From NCBI RefSeq assembly GCF_036321535.1, contig NC_087437.1:26848001-26912000 (forward strand): a DNA stretch of 64,000 bases, in the 5' to 3' direction. Source of the DNA: Camelus dromedarius. Taxonomy: Eukaryota. Shown piece after piece: positions 41,186 through 52,400 of the stretch; positions within the stretch are counted from its first letter, which is position 1, and each line of letters opens with the position of its first letter. Made by a program: the position numbers and the translations under genes. Under the pieces are notes generated by a model, which ran no database searches, had not been told where the DNA came from, and saw only the letters and a list, made by a program, of their open reading frames with translations.

Positions 41186-44100
41186 AAACAGATAGTTAAA
41201 GCTGTTTGTTCAAAATATAAGGTCAGTGCTACTAGGAGATTTTTTTCCTTACACCAAAATAAAATATTTCAAATGAAATATTAAAAATCAAAATTATTTT
41301 CAAAATTACTTTAAACACAGTAGTTCAGCTGAAAGAAATTCAGTAGAGAATACTTGGATAATGTGAATAAATCATTAGCACATAATTTCTCTTTCTTGAA
41401 AATATGCATTTTTGTGGGAGGGGTTGATTTTTTTTCCTTAGAGGGTAGAACCATTGTATTGATGGAGTATCTATAAAGCAAGTAAGAATGAAATAGTTAT
41501 AAGCCAAATATCTAGAATTAGATAAGTTGGTGAATAAATATATGCAATATGCAAAAAAGAAAAATTAGTATCAAAATCCAGAAAAAAATAGGGTGAAGAC
41601 GGAGAAAATATTCTAAATATTTGAAGATGAAAATATATTTGTATCTAGTTTAAAAGTAGGTAAATGCCACAAAATGGGTGTCATAGTTAATACTATTGTT
41701 ATTATTCATTAGGGATTTGATGGCCACAACTGGAATGACCCTATGGCTAACATTTCATCTTGATTTTGTATTTTGCCTCTATTCCCCCTCTTCTCCAAAG
41801 ATCCCAAGTTACAGATGGGGAAGGGAAGTGAGTATTAATTTGCAGAGAAGCAGCTCATTACATGGACATTTTAAGTAACACTCAAATCCTTGTGCAAACA
41901 TGGATCGTGAGTTGAGCTTTTAATGACTGTGAATGCTGTCAAAGTAGGATTTCAAGCACTCTAAAGTTAAATGTTAAAAGTGTGTTGTTTCCAGTGACTA
42001 AAGAACTAGCTATTTTTGAATTAAAACATAACTTCAAATACAAAGTAGTCAAGATTTTATCTATGCCTTTCAAACCTTCATTCCTATGAATTAAAAGTAG
42101 TCCAATCAGCTAGGTTAGAATGATCAGATTATTAGTCAAGAACACTTAGACCATCCTTCATGTCCAAATAAAGTTTATACAAGTTTCTACACTCAACACA
42201 TTTTTTAACTTTATAAAATGATAATAGTAACATACAAAGGAAACTATAACGCAGAAGTCTAGAAATTGGTGATGTCTTTCAATGTTCTTTTATAGTGTAA
42301 GATTTACAACTTAAAATTACAGGTATGTCATCACTTGAAATGATATGTAATCACATCTGTGCATACACCAAATTCATATACACAGGAAGGACAGAATAGA
42401 TGATGATGACTTACCTTACCAAAGGATATGCCATTGGATGTCTGTAAATAACTATTTCATCTATGACAGAATATGGCTTCTTCATAAAATCATGTACACC
42501 TAGTAACTTTCCTTTTTAATTAACAAGTTGTTTTAACAATATTACTGCCGATAGTATCACATTGAGTTGTTATCCTTGCAAAGATGCCAAAACACTGCCA
42601 CGTGTTACCTTTTTCCATCCATTAAAGAATGGCCGATTTCCAGACTTCTGGGTTATAGTACTAACTAGGATTGATAGTTTAACATCCTTTTAGCATAAGG
42701 TTGCTTCTTTGTAGTAGTAGGGAAACCGAGGGGTTATTAGACTTTTTAGCAGTCAAAAAACAAGTTTATAGTAAAACTGGAGCTTACTCTTGATCTCAAG
42801 TTCTCCCCAATTAGGCAATGTAGATTTCTTTAATTTTATCCCAAGTGGTCACATAAATGTTCTTTTTTAAAAAAGTAATATAATCATTAATAGATTTTTC
42901 TACTATAGTTGTCCTACACTGCATCATTTAAGCTAGATTTCAAAACCACAGAACTAATACTTAAGTATCTGAATTAATTCCATAATAAAAGAAAATAGGC
43001 CTTAATAGGACATTATATTTATCATTGGTTGAAAATGCACCCCTTTCTTCCACCAAATTGCTTTATTTTTTCTGAACTTCAAAGGTCTTTGGGATTCAAG
43101 GAAATCTTCAGTATTAAAAAAAGACATTGTTTCATAGTATATCAAACTCTAGAAGAGTATCTAACAGAACTTTTCTTCAAATGTGAAAATTTTACACATT
43201 TCAATCTCAAGCAAAGTTTGTACATCTCAATCAGATTATGTTTTTCTTTATAAAAGTATTCAAGGAATTTTATTAGCCTTAGTCCTCTTTGATTGCATTT
43301 TTTTTTTCCTTTTTGGATGATATTACACAATGGCCTCACTGCAAGGGCTTATTAATAAGATATTGTTCCAGAAATGGAAACCTAGGAAAATCATAGTAGT
43401 AAGTGCTACTTGTTTAGACAACTGATATTTATTTCCAGCAAATGATTTTTGGCGCCTGAAAACTAGTCCAACATTTTGTATTTTTCTAACAATTTAGTGA
43501 TAAAAAATATGGAAAATAAACATAAGTGATTTCTAAATCCCAGAAAAACTTGTTGGCTGGGATACAGGCTGTCCAGTTACTAAAGCACACAAGGGAGTGC
43601 TCAATAAATGTCACCGTCTGACTGATAGTATTAATTCTAAAACGTTGCTTCTCTTCACCTAGGCAGTTGCTTCATTTTTCACTGAAAGTTTGATTTTGTT
43701 TTCTCTATACCAGAGTGCTGAGATTAATGTACCATTACTATTTTAAATATAATATTCAGTCATTGGGGGAGGGGGGAGGTTTTCTTGAGTATCTGTCAAC
43801 ATTCCAGAATCTTGTGACTGTGAAATAATTTTTCATCTGGTAACTGATATGATTAGATAATGACCTAGTAGAATTTGGGGGTATGATGCTCTCAGATGAT
43901 GAAAAGACCTTGCTGCAGCAGTTGTTTCTTGCTTTGTTTTGTTTTTTCCAATCAGTGGAAACAGTCCTTAGTTTCTAAGTCATTTTTTCCCCATGCATTG
44001 TTCGTCCTAAATGTACTTCCCATATACTGCTTCAAATTAAGCCTTTGAGGAAATAGAACAGTCAAGTTGGAGGTTCTGGAGCAGTAATCAAGGATTCCCA

Positions 44101-46180
44101 CAGTTTCCACCTACAGTTTCTGTGTACAGGCACAGAGCTAGATAGTTGCGTTAAGATCCCTAGTCTGGAGGTTTGAGAATTGAGGGATCTCCCCAGATCC
44201 AGGGAGTTAGGCTACCAAGTTACTTCCTATGAACTCTCCACACATAAAGCAAACATACTTGCACGTATATCCTGTTTCTATCATTTTAATTAGTTACATG
44301 AAAGCTTTTAATCTTTTGTGTAATCTTAAGAGATTACATAGCTTTTTGTAGTTTGATGATAGATATGATTTTTTGTCCTCTATAAAGTGATTTCACACTT
44401 ATCTGCAACAACCAGAATTCTTATCATTTTTTCATAGAAATTTTATGCAATAAATTACTCTCATTTTTAAAGAGAAAATTTATAAAAGAATCTAGGGCCT
44501 TTAAAGCTTTTGGAAACTTTACTCTCAAGAGAACTATGTTATTAGTTCAAACACACACAAATCCTTAAACATATAAACAAAACATTTTAACTTTATAAAT
44601 CTTATTTTTTGCTGAGAAGTCTTTTAACATTTTTAGCCTCATCCTTACCAGAAATATAGACCACTTACAGATCTCTTCTAAATTATCTTTGTCATCACTT
44701 TCATTTCATAATAAATGCTTTACAGGTTCTTTCAGGAGAAATGATCTTACAGATTACTTTAAGATTTTTCCTTTAAATGTGTGATGATTTAAGAGTATCA
44801 TAACAAGTAATCAAGAAGTTTATGTAATAAGATAATGTAATGGGACAAGCAGGCATACAATGTTTATTTTTCCAAAAGCCGCACACTCAACATCACCCAC
44901 TGATCACCACTTTTAACAGTCTGGTAAATTAATCCAAACTGAAATTAACCTTTTATAAGTTCATACTGGATGTAACCAGTTGATCTAACTTACTGATGGA
45001 AAACTGTCTCCAATAATTACTGAAATCACAGATTTAGAAATAAAGCATTCCATTAGCCATCTCTGCCACTATAACAGTATGATGTTACACTTTGTTCCTT
45101 TACTCTCTCCCACCCCCTTAAGGAACAGGGGTGTTAGTATGTGCTCTTATTTCACATCCTAACCTCAGTCACTTGGGTTTGGAGGACATGGTTTCTACTA
45201 AGGTTAATGATGTACCTCAGTACATTATTTACAATTAAGGACCTAAAAAATTCTCTGTAAATTTTAATTATCAAAACATCTTTTGGGATAAAAAGTATTT
45301 CTATTCTTCAAAGATTAGAGAACTGAATACAATGATTAACTGATTTATGTCAGTCATCATATGACTGCTAAACCTGTAATAGATATGAAAATTTGATTTC
45401 TATCAAGACAGCTTAGATTTTACCTAGATGATGTATTAATATGTCAAAGTTCAAGAGCTGCCCTCCTCATTTTTCTGTTTAAAAGAATGACCTTACCACT
45501 TTTTCCACCAGAAAGTAACTAAATGATGATAAATTCTCTAGTACTTTCATAGCTGCTTTCTGGATAGGAAAGGGTGCTTCCTAACTTCTGATTGTTCGTG
45601 GCCCAATCCAAACCATCTAACACTCTGGCTCCAACTAAGAGCTTTAGAATAAACAAAAGAAAGAACTACAGCTATTTAACGCAGTAGGTTCTACATTTAT
45701 GGAACCCATAAGCTGATTTCGTGCTGAAAGTAAAAACAGTCTCAAGATGTTTAAATGAACTCTTCGATGCTGGAATCACAACAAATACAGGAAAATTAGG
45801 AATATGTTGGTAACCTCTAGTCTTTTTTTAAACTGACCTCACCCAGGGCAAGTAACCATCTCCCGATGCCATTGTTGGAGACAGAATTTCTGGCTTAAAG
45901 ATCCTTTTTCTGACTCAGTCTGGCTTGCTATTCTTGGTTAATCATCCCCATTTTTCTCAACATTTCACTCCTCTGACTATAGAGGATAACACTTGTTTTC
46001 AGTAAAGACTTTTTAAGTGATTCCGTTCCTCCAGCCGTCTCCCTCTTTATCCTAGCTAAATCCCACCAACCCCCATTCCTATCGCCTCGTTGCACTGAGA
46101 TTTTGCTAAACATTAGACACAGCAAGCACATGACCTCCAGTCTCCCAGTGTCTTGGAACAAACCGATACAAAAACACTCG

Positions 46181-46535
46181 ATTGGCTCGGTTGTAAGCTT
46201 CTCTAGGCTTGGAATGTAAGTCTTTCGCTCCTCAACTCTTCAAAGAGCTACAGAGCAAAATTTAAATTTAAAAAATTTTTAAATAAAAAAGAAACCGCTC
46301 CCCTTTTTTAACCTATAGCCCCGCCTACCGCCCCCCCAGCCTCCACGCGAAACTCTGCAGGAAACCGGAGGGGCGGTGCAGTGACGTCACGACGCCGGTG
46401 CGTCACGGAACGGCGGCGGCTGCGGCGCTGGCGGCGGCTGCGGCAGCGGCGGCATTTTAGTCAGCAGCGGCGGCGGCAGCGGGGCTGCTGCTCCTCCCAG
46501 CATCCCTGGCGCGGCCATTTCAGCCCCATCTTGGC
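46181..46535 (+). promoter_or_regulatory. TSC22D2: TSC22D2 core/proximal promoter motifs
   Basis: Reverse CCAAT (ATTGG 46181-46185), GC boxes (GCCCCGCC 46318-46325, GGGGCGG 46370-46376), palindromic CRE GTGACGTCAC 46381-46390, half-CRE TGCGTCA 46399-46405, YY1-like GCGGCCATTT 46511-46520. TSS is inferred, not observed. Confidence 0.7.
46411..46480 (+). repeat. Interrupted CGG/CAG/CTG triplet tract at the TSC22D2 5' end
   Basis: CGGCGGCGGCTGCGGCGCTGGCGGCGGCTGCGGCAGCGGCGGC...CAGCAGCGGCGGCGGCAGC. Confidence 0.8.
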
Positions 46536-46830
46536 CGAGGGGAGGGAGCTGCAGCCGCCGCTTCAGCAGTTTGAATTTCAGTTTCTCCAGGGCCTGCGAA
46601 CTGGGCGCACTGAGGAGGAGCCGAAGAAGCTATCGCCGCTACATCACACAGCCGGAGCGCCGCCGCTCACCGTCCAGCTGGCCGCCGCCCCTCACTCTCT
46701 CAAGAGCCGCGAGGGGAGGCCGAGACCGCCGCCGCCGCTCGCCGGCCCGCGGGGGTGGCTCCCCCTGTGAGAGGAGGACCGAGCCGGCTTTCCCCTCCCC
46801 CGGAGCGGGTTTCCGCCAGAGACAGTCGAC

Positions 46831-46857
46831 ATGTCCCTGGGGCTGAGCTCCGGCTAG
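46831..46857 (+). other. uORF1 in the TSC22D2 5' leader (MSLGLSSG*)
   Basis: ATG TCC CTG GGG CTG AGC TCC GGC TAG, with G at -3. Translation is not demonstrated. Confidence 0.55.
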
Positions 46858-47310
46858 AGCCGGGGAGGGAGGGCCGCCCGCCTGCGCCAAAGCTCCGCCA
46901 GCTCTTGGCTGAATCAGGAATCCCCGGCTCCGGACTCGCCACTCCTTCTTCCCTCGGCGTCCGAAAGCCCGGAGCTGACGCCGGCGCTGGCTCAAGGAGC
47001 TGGAGCGGGGCAGCACCGCCCCTCACGCCGCCGCCGCCGCCGCCTCCTCCTCCTCCCCTTCGCCCTCCCACTCCCACCCCCAGTCAAGGCCTGCTGACCG
47101 CGCCGAGCGCCGAGCTGGACTGACCACGGTGGCCCAGAGACGGGAGGAAGCAGCAGCCGACCCGCCCCTGAGATCGCGCTCTCGCCGCCACTGAGGGGAT
47201 TGAATTGAGGCGCCGCGGCTGCGGGAAGCGAGAAGGAAGGCGGAGCCGCCGCGTGAGTGAGACGGGGGCTGAGCCGAAGAGACCAACACCGAGAAGGAAA
47301 CAGGAGGAGG

Positions 47311-47349
47311 ATGTCTCACCGAGGGACCGGCACCCAGATTAGCCCGTGA
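47311..47349 (+). other. uORF2 in the TSC22D2 5' leader (MSHRGTGTQISP*)
   Basis: AGGATGT context (A at -3), ends at TGA 47347-47349, same frame as the main CDS (174 nt upstream). Confidence 0.6.
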
Positions 47350-47484
47350 CTCTTCCAGCGGCGGGCCTCAGAGCCCAGCGCGGACTCGGACTTTGTCTTT
47401 GGGGGACCGTGCCCTGCCCTTCCTGGTTTCCGGCAAGATCGCAGAGGAGCCGGCGTGCCTCTCTGCCCTCCAGCCTTCCTCACC

Positions 47485-49439
47485 ATGTCCAAGATGCCGG
47501 CCAAGAAGAAGAGCTGCTTCCAGATCACCAGTGTCACCACGGCCCAGGTGGCCACTAGCATCACCGAGGACACCGAGAGCCTGGACGACCCGGACGAGTC
47601 ACGCACAGAGGACGTGTCCTCCGAGATATTCGACGTATCTCGGGCCACGGATTACGGCCCCGAGGAGGTCTGCGAGCGCAGCTCCTCTGAAGAGACGCTC
47701 AACAATGTTGGGGATGCGGAGACTCCCGGGACCGTCTCCCCAAATCTCCTCCTAGATGGGCAGCTGGCGGCCGCGGCAGCCGCTCCCGCCAATGGAGGAG
47801 GAGCCGTTTCGGCTCGGAGCGTGGCTGGGGCCCTGGCCAGTACCCTGGCGGCGGCCGCCACCTCGGCCCCCTCTTCGGGGGCTCCTGGCGCCCCTCCGGT
47901 CGCAGGCCCCTCCTCCGGGCCAGGGACTGCCGCCCCATCGCAGCCCCCCACCACTTGTAGTTCCCGTTTTCGTGTGATCAAGCTGGACCACGGGAGCGGG
48001 GAGCCCTATAGACGCGGCCGATGGACGTGTATGGAATACTACGAGCGGGATTCCGACAGCAGCGTCCTGACTCGGTCCGGGGATTGCATTAGGCACAGCA
48101 ATACTTTTGACCAGACTGCGGATCGGGACAGTGGTCTGGGCGCCACCGGAGGGTCGGTGGTGGTGGTGGTGGCCTCCATGCCGGGGGCGCACGGTCCCGA
48201 CTCGGGAACTGACAGTTCCTTGACTGCTGTGTCACAGCTGCCCCCGTCGGAGAAGATGAGCCAGCCCTCTCCGGCCCCGCCGCAGAGTTTTGGCGTTGGG
48301 CAGCCGCAGCCGCCGCCGCCGCCCGTAGGTGGGGCTGTGGCTCCGAGCTCCGCTCCGCCGCCGCCGTTCCCGGGAGCCGCGGGCGGGCAGCCGCAGATGA
48401 TGGCAGCCCCGCCGCCCAGCCAGCCCCAAGGCGCCGGGCCGGCTGTCGTCCCCCAGGGGCCCAACGGACAGGCCCTGCCGCTGACGAATGTAACCTTGGC
48501 GCAGCCCAGCCCGGCCGTCGGCGCTTCTGGCGCGCCGCCGCCCCAGCAGTTCGCGTATCCCCAGCCTCAGATTCCGCCAGGCCATCTACTTCCCGTCCAG
48601 CCCGCGGGCCAGAGTGAGTACTTGCAGCCGCACGTGGCCGGGCTGCAGCCGCCCAGCCCGGCGCAGCCCTCGTCCACAGGCGCCGGAGCGGGCCTCGCTG
48701 CGGCGGCCAGCCTCCCCGTGGGCCCCGGCCAGAACGCCTCTTCCGCGGGCGCGCAGATGATGGGCGCGCCTCCCCTGCCGGGCGAAGCCGTGGCCCCGGG
48801 GCCAAGCCCCGCGCCGGGCGGACCGGCCGCGCCCGGTCAGCTGGCCGGAGTGCCCCCGGCGGCCGTGGGAGGCGCAGTGCCCCCGGGCCTTGTTCCTGCC
48901 GGGGCTGGGCCGCCCCAGCTTGCGCCTCCGCCGCAGATGGGTGGCAGTGGCGCGCCGTCGGCGGTGCCTGGGGGCCCTCACGCCATGGTGCCCGGAGTTC
49001 CCAACGTGCCTGCAGCCGCGCCCGCTCCCAGCGTGCCTAGTGTGTCTACCACTTCTGTTACTATGCCAAATGTACCCGCGCCTCTGGCCCAGTCGCAGCA
49101 GCTGAGCAGCCACCCGCCAGTCAGCAGGAGCGGCAGCATAATCCAGCACGCTGGGCTGCCCTTAGCGCCAGGCATCGCCAGCGCACCGACGAGTCTACCG
49201 CAGTCTGACCTAAGCCAGTTTCAGACTCAGACCCAGCCTTTAGTCGGGCCAGTTGACGATACTAGAAGAAAATCAGAACCCCTACCTCAACCACCACTTT
49301 CTCTCATTGCTGAAAATAAGCCTGTTGTGAAGCCTCCTGTTGCAGATGCCCTGGCAAACCCCCTTCAGTTAACACCTATGAACAGTCTCGCCACATCTGT
49401 ATTCAGCATAGCTATTCCTGTTGATGGTGATGAAGACAG
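47485..49439 (+). CDS. TSC22D2: TSC22 domain family member 2, coding part of exon 1 (651 codons + 2 nt; partial gene, TSC-box exons not seen in window)
   Basis: ORF 47455..49458 contains [17 protein letters not shown]..., [28 protein letters not shown] and ...[13 protein letters not shown], which I recognise as TSC22D2. ATG at 47485 in ACCATG context (A at -3). Donor AG|GTATGG after 49439. Long Pro/Gln/Ala/Gly-rich low-complexity body typical of long TSC22D isoforms. Confidence 0.96.
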
Positions 49440-52400
49440 GTATGGAAATCTTATTTGAAATATTTGATAGAAATGCTTGGCCATACGTTGTAGTTTAGAA
49501 TGCAGCTCTGGGAGAGTCTTTTTTCAAACTGCGCCCTTTAGTATTTCTAAATATAAAAATTAGTCTGTTTAGTAAAATTGATTTATCAGTTCTTAAAACG
49601 ACATTAGTTTTAGATCACTGATGTTAAAAAAAGTGTGTAATGAGAGAATTGGTCTTGTCATAGTTGTTTAAAAGCACTAAAGTTGGATAGGAATGCAACA
49701 TTATTTTTTCAAAAGGGTGGATTTTAGCTTAATCCTCTCAATTTAGAAGTGGTAGGTAGTAGGTTATGCCCCATAGGATTGTCTCTTTCTTAGATATCAA
49801 TCACACTTGAACACTTAATGGCAGAATGTCTTCTCAGTGTGAGTTTTGAGACTGAGATATAAAATTGGTTAGATATTTCCCATTCTGGAAAACCAGAAAA
49901 CCCCCTAGTAGAGAGCCATGTAAGGTGTCTATTCCAGTGTATCTGGAAAGGCTGGAGAGATAATGGTGAAATGTCAGATCCAGCTTTGAAGAGCGTATCT
50001 TCATTCAGCCCTTTAATAAAAGAGGACAGAAGGTCAGGAGGCTACCCAGTGACTTCTTTAAGATACATTTTTTAAAGCAAAAAAATGTATTGGAAAGATT
50101 TTCTTATCGTCCATCAGTCTTTTTACTATAGGAGAGATAAGAGACTTTGTAGTTCGTGAAATTAGAGTAATTTTATAGTAAAAGATAAACGTCAACAATT
50201 GGCTCCCTCTATTAAAGGGAAGCTTTTTAAATAGTTTAAGTGCAAATTGCTGTATTGCCGTACCAATTCTACAATAGTTGATGTTTGGTTATAGTTTATT
50301 TAGGATTTTAAGTGGTTTTGAGGAAATGTCACAGAAAATTTGGCATAATGTGATGCAAATTTTTAAAAACTGACTTGTTACCAAAAATTACATTTAAAAA
50401 TTGCAGTGAAAGATTTAGGTACTTTACAGTTAGAAATTTATTTGCCGAGGTTTTGTTTGGAGAGAAGTTAATTTTAGCTGTGTTAAAAGATCAGAACTAT
50501 TTTTTTATGTTTCTAGAATAATTGGTATGTAGAATACAATGAGACCTGTTAAAGCTTTTTCTTCCTATTTTCTTCTGAGTTCCTTCACATTCTTTTCTTA
50601 ACTTTTCATTTCTAATTAGCTTTATATTTTTGTTATATACTTCTGTTGGTTTGAAAAATGCTCACTGAAATTCATCGTCTCTGCTTTTTGTAATTCAAAG
50701 TTCATCTTTTTTTGTAGGTGACTTGCTTGTGGGGAGTCTTTCTTCCATTTGAGAACTCTTAGAGAATACCACGTGTCCATAAGTGAGCTCAGCTAGCTAG
50801 TCATTGAGAAATTTTATATGGATGGGACTACCAAGTAAAGAAAACTGATTCCACAAGCCACTCAGGAAAATCCCTCTACATTTTCTGCCATATTTCACTT
50901 TTCACACATAGGGGCACACCTGAAATGCAGATTGAGTTTATTTGTTCACATTTGGTAATAATCAATAGGCATCTTCCCTTTTCTAGCTGCCAGAAGCCAT
51001 TTTTTTCTGATGGATTTGTAAATAACCATTTGCTTACCTCTCTGTTCCTGTTGTACACTGCCCCCGTATCTCTCCAAAAAAATGACTGGTTTCCCAACCC
51101 TTCCCCACCCCAAAAACATGCACACCTATAAATGAGGAAGGTGTTTTCTCTCCTCTTTAACACCTCTCTCAGTTTACAGCATTTGTAGTTATATTCCCCA
51201 GAACTTAAATGTGATGATATGGCATGAAGCAGAGAGATGTGTTGATAAATGGAAACTCTGGGATGTATTCTTTAGGGTATGACCTCAAAGATACATTTAT
51301 TTCTCACCTTATTAAGAGTTGATAATTTCAAGAGTCTCATTTCCAAACATGTGACTATTTGAACTACAGATACTACTGTATCAGTGTTCTTATCAATTGC
51401 AACAGTTAATCCAGTGCAGGGGTTTTTATGTGTGTGTAGTCCTATTTTAAGTGTGGCACTTTCCTCCCTCACCTAGTCTTTTAAAATTTGCCTTGCTTAT
51501 CAAATGTGCATTTCTAATTTTTGTTACAGTCTTTCATTGGTTTTTAATTTAACATGCTAGTTTCCAAGATGTAATCTTACACATTTGACTGTTTTGACAC
51601 TCGACCTACATACCTGGTGAAGGAATGAATCCATTAAGTAGAAATAGTTTGGGGTTTTTTTGTTTGTTTTTTAATGGAAAACCTTTGTAAAAGAGAGAGC
51701 ATTTTAAAGCTGTATGCTTGAAATTAAATAACACAGTTTTTCTAGGCGTATGTTTGAATTACTGAGATGAGTACTTTTGAGGAGACAGTACTAACAAAAT
51801 CATGATTTTAATATGGTGATTATAGGTTGCCTTCTTAAATTAAAATCTTCATACAGTTTTATTTGCAGTCATTCAAATGTAAAATAAAACTCATTGGAGT
51901 AGGAAGCTTTGAGTAATTATGACTTAAATTTTGTGAATAGGTTGACAAGTTTCAGCTCCTTGGGAAATATTTGTAAAAAAAAAAAAAGATGTTAGCCTTT
52001 TTTAAAATGTTAAGATGTTAGTAAACGCAGTCTATTTCTTTGAGAAAATGAAGAAAAATGAAAGATTAACAAAAATGATTGAGGTGGTTTAGGTTGATAT
52101 ATTGAAAACGCTATCTTGTGATTTTGGCTCCGTTACCTAATACAAGGATCTCTGTTGGCTTGTTTTGAGACCGTTTATTTGAATCATACCTTATATACTA
52201 TCATAACTTTAAAAGAGCTGATGGTTGTATATACAAAGTAAGAGAATTGCCTTTTGACCCTATATTATTAATTAAGGTACAGTTTATATATCATTCTAGC
52301 TTATGGTCAGTTTTTGAGATTCTTCAAATTGATTTTGTGTAAACTGAGGGATATAATAATGGTTGAAAATATATTTAAAAATGCATAAACAATTTTATAG

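Larger units (their letters stand above)
46295..49200. promoter_or_regulatory. TSC22D2: CpG island covering the TSC22D2 promoter, 5' UTR and most of exon 1
   Basis: Abrupt switch from AT-rich, CpG-poor DNA to very GC- and CpG-rich DNA at ~46295, fading at ~49200. Confidence 0.93.

Noticed and set aside
135..46161. Short ORFs throughout the upstream region
   Set aside because: No recognisable protein similarity or exon structure. Many overlap L1/L2/MLT/MIR remnants or microsatellites.
46381..49175. Many overlapping 70-240 aa ORFs on both strands in the CpG island
   Set aside because: Expected from stop-codon scarcity in GC-rich DNA. Arg/Gly/Pro/Ala-rich with no recognisable domain.
47455..49458. 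667-aa ORF taken as a complete single-exon protein
   Set aside because: The track starts at a GTG 10 codons before the recognised MSKMPAKKK start and runs past the splice donor at 49440 (YGNLI* is intronic). No evidence here for an intron-retained isoform.
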